DNA of 62,890 nt, the filler included, from Rhabdomonas costata (Eukaryota), in the NCBI GenBank assembly GCA_019059605.1. It is 55 parts of 55 records of this genome, joined end to end, with 100 filler letters (N's around TTAATTAATTAA, not from the genome) between each part and the next. Parts side by side here need not be neighbours in the genome. Positions count along the whole stretch, not along the records: positions 59,565 to 60,609 come from JAHMHO010031621.1; positions 60,710 to 61,756 come from JAHMHO010031622.1; positions 61,857 to 62,890 come from JAHMHO010031623.1; 52 more parts are not named here. One strand, written 5' to 3'. A program made the translations under genes and the position numbers. The notes below the pieces were generated by a model. That model was not told the DNA's origin. It saw only the letters and a list, made by a program, of their open reading frames with translations, and made no database searches. Position 1 is the first letter of the stretch, and each line of letters begins with the position of its first letter. Shown here one piece after another: positions 60,561 through 62,890 of this stretch.

Positions 60561-61172
60561 GCACCGGCTGCCCTCCCTCCCTCCCCCAAACACGCACATC
60601 CCACACACCNNNNNNNNNNNNNNNNNNNNNNNNNNNNNNNNNNNNNNNNNNNNTTAATTAATTAANNNNNNNNNNNNNNNNNNNNNNNNNNNNNNNNNNN
60701 NNNNNNNNNGGGGTTTTGGCCAAGCTAGAGTGAATCCCTCCCCCTTGTCCTGCTCAGCCCCCTGAGGTTTATCTTTGGGATAAAATTACAGAAGGTGTGG
60801 GCTTACTGCGCTTGGGTTTTTGCAATTTGAGAATTTTTTTGGGGTGTGCGAGGGAACAGTGCCCATTTTTTTTGTATCACTGGTTATTGCTTTCTGCTTT
60901 ATTCTTGATTTCTTTGTAATTTTCCGTACCAATACGGGGGCGCGTGAAAGAGAGGGCTGGGGCCGTTGAGGCCTTGAGGTGTTGCGGTTAGGGAGTGGGG
61001 TTCTCTGGTACTCTCCGCACGCATGCACCCCACTCCCAACCAAGAGTTGCGCTGCATTATCGGTGAACAGTATCCCTCTCTTCCTCCCTCCACTCTTCAC
61101 AGCCCGTATGCCCGTCGGGTGGCTTGTGCCCCTTCTTTTCTGGTTTGCTTCCTTTCTTCTTCTTCTTCGCAG

Positions 61173-61373
61173 AACACGACAAACCGGATCTTCGTGGGGC
61201 GGCTCCCGCCCACGGTGACCAAGGAGCACGTGGTTGAGTACTTCAGCCAATACGGCGAGGTCACCGACTGCTTCCTGCCCACCAACCATGCCACCCGCCA
61301 GGGCCGGGGCATCGCCTTCGTGACCTTCGCCCAGGAGGGTGTCGTCGACTTGGTCATGGCGCAGAGCCACCAG
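61173..61373 (+). CDS. RRM exon, hnRNP A/Musashi-like RNA-binding protein
   Basis: RNP2 RIFVGRL and RNP1 RGIAFVTF; polypyrimidine tract plus cgcag acceptor. Confidence 0.88.
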
Positions 61374-62890
61374 GAACGTCCCCAGCCCTCCGTTATCCCA
61401 TCTTCCCGCAGCATCCTCTCATCTGCATGCTTGGGGGGGGGGGTTCCTATTGTCTTCGCTCTCACTACCTTTGGGCTCAGTGCTCAGCGGAGGCAAACGG
61501 AGCTCGATAAATGCTTTTCACACTCTGCCTGCACAGGCCTGCAGCCTCTGCTTTTAACTGTTATCACGTTCGTTTCTGCAAGAATCTACCACTTGAGAGT
61601 GGGAGCCGACGAAGTGCTTCGCAAAGTCGTCGGCTTTACTCTTGACGAAGTCGATGAAGGCTGCCCAGTTGGATTCCCAGGAGCGTTAGCGGATCACCTG
61701 CGAAAAAAAATATTGTGGGAGTGGCTACCCCCGACAACCCTTTCTTTTGCGCGCTGNNNNNNNNNNNNNNNNNNNNNNNNNNNNNNNNNNNNNNNNNNNN
61801 TTAATTAATTAANNNNNNNNNNNNNNNNNNNNNNNNNNNNNNNNNNNNNNNNNNNNGCAAGATGGAGCGCGTAATACACTTCACATGGTTGTCGCGGTCA
61901 ATCATGGAAACCATCAAGACACAACGGAGCAATATTTATTAAGACGGCAACTGTAGCGAACTCCATACACAAACGCACCGTAACCCACATTCAGATATAC
62001 GCGCACACAGAAGGCCATAACCAGCAGAACCAATCTTCACATTCACTCAGTAGTTGTCATCAATCCCGCTCCAAATGAAATGTGGTGCTTCCATGACAAG
62101 CCTCTGCGCTGGTCAGTGGTTCCGTACATGCCGATAGTTATGACAAAGTCCAAGTGTGTGGGAAGGAGCGCATCGTCTCCAGCTTGAATCTTCTGTATTA
62201 GTTAGGTCAAACATTCGGCAAGGGGGCGCGTCGGCATGGCAAAACAGCATTGCTTTTGAGACATTTCACCAGAAGTTTCCGTCTCCGAAGTTTCCGTCTC
62301 TGTCACCGAAACCTTTTCAGGAGCAACCGGTTGGGTTCCAATCACGAGAATGATTGACTCAGGCTCCACAACCCGCTCCTGAGCTGCAGGATTGGGAGTG
62401 GGCTCAATGGCATTTAGTTGCTGGATATGCACATCTTCGGAGGGGAGACCAGGAGGGATGATACTGAACTACCCGATTGATTTGTAAAAAGGAACATGAG
62501 TAAACATCTTTCACATCTTAATCGGTGCTCTACTCTTCACCCAATTAATCAAATGGTTGGATGCAGGAAATGATAACCCAACACAATTGCTAGAGGAGTC
62601 ACAACCACACGCCGGGTCACTGTCAAGGTATTCCTATAAGCGATCACTACGTAGCCTGCTTCACGCACCACGTCCGCATTGATGAACGCGTCCGAAGCTT
62701 TTAAGTCCAGGAAAGCAAAGTGTTCCGTCGTTCAAACTGGAAGGCCGGAAGGCTTCTACACGCAAACCAACCCCCGATACTACGGCGAAACACACTCCCA
62801 AAGCTACGTCCGGCCGACGATCCGATAATGCCATCACCACGGTATAGGCCCACGAAGATTGATCGACCGAAAAAGAAGAAACCACAAAAA

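Overview
This window is not one genomic locus. It is an artificial concatenation of 55 unrelated contigs of about 1.04 kb, each separated by a 100-nt spacer (N44-TTAATTAATTAA-N44, which puts stops in all six frames). Contig ends carry G/T-only primer tails and perfect fold-back inversions typical of whole-genome amplification. Most contigs come from a flagellated protist with GC-rich exons and roughly 90-350 nt spliceosomal introns (mostly GT-AG, some GC-AG, one possible GA-AG). Recognisable exons: FARSB, IFT54, an axonemal dynein heavy chain C-terminus, SPF45/RBM17 UHM, a STE-type kinase, ankyrin, IQ, RRM/La-like, MOLO1/TPM, HAMP receptor, ART-like and Cys-rich repeat exons. Decayed Ty3/Gypsy, CRE-clade non-LTR and Merlin/IS1595 elements are also present. 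The gene mix suggests a euglenozoan, probably a euglenid (inference only). One contig (42394-43438; GPI8 plus VMA16 with 25-34 nt introns) is fungal and Malassezia-like, probably contamination. Best leads: (1) an open-frame POP/Pol A polymerase homologue lacking the catalytic Asp and most of the thumb, (2) an FBXL4/pappalysin-like domain nested inside a Big_9-type Ig domain, (3) a euglenid spliced-leader-like motif, (4) a candidate GA splice donor, (5) near-identical duplicated exons. Gene neighbourhoods across spacers mean nothing, so no multi-gene system can be inferred. All family calls come from recalled motifs, not database searches.
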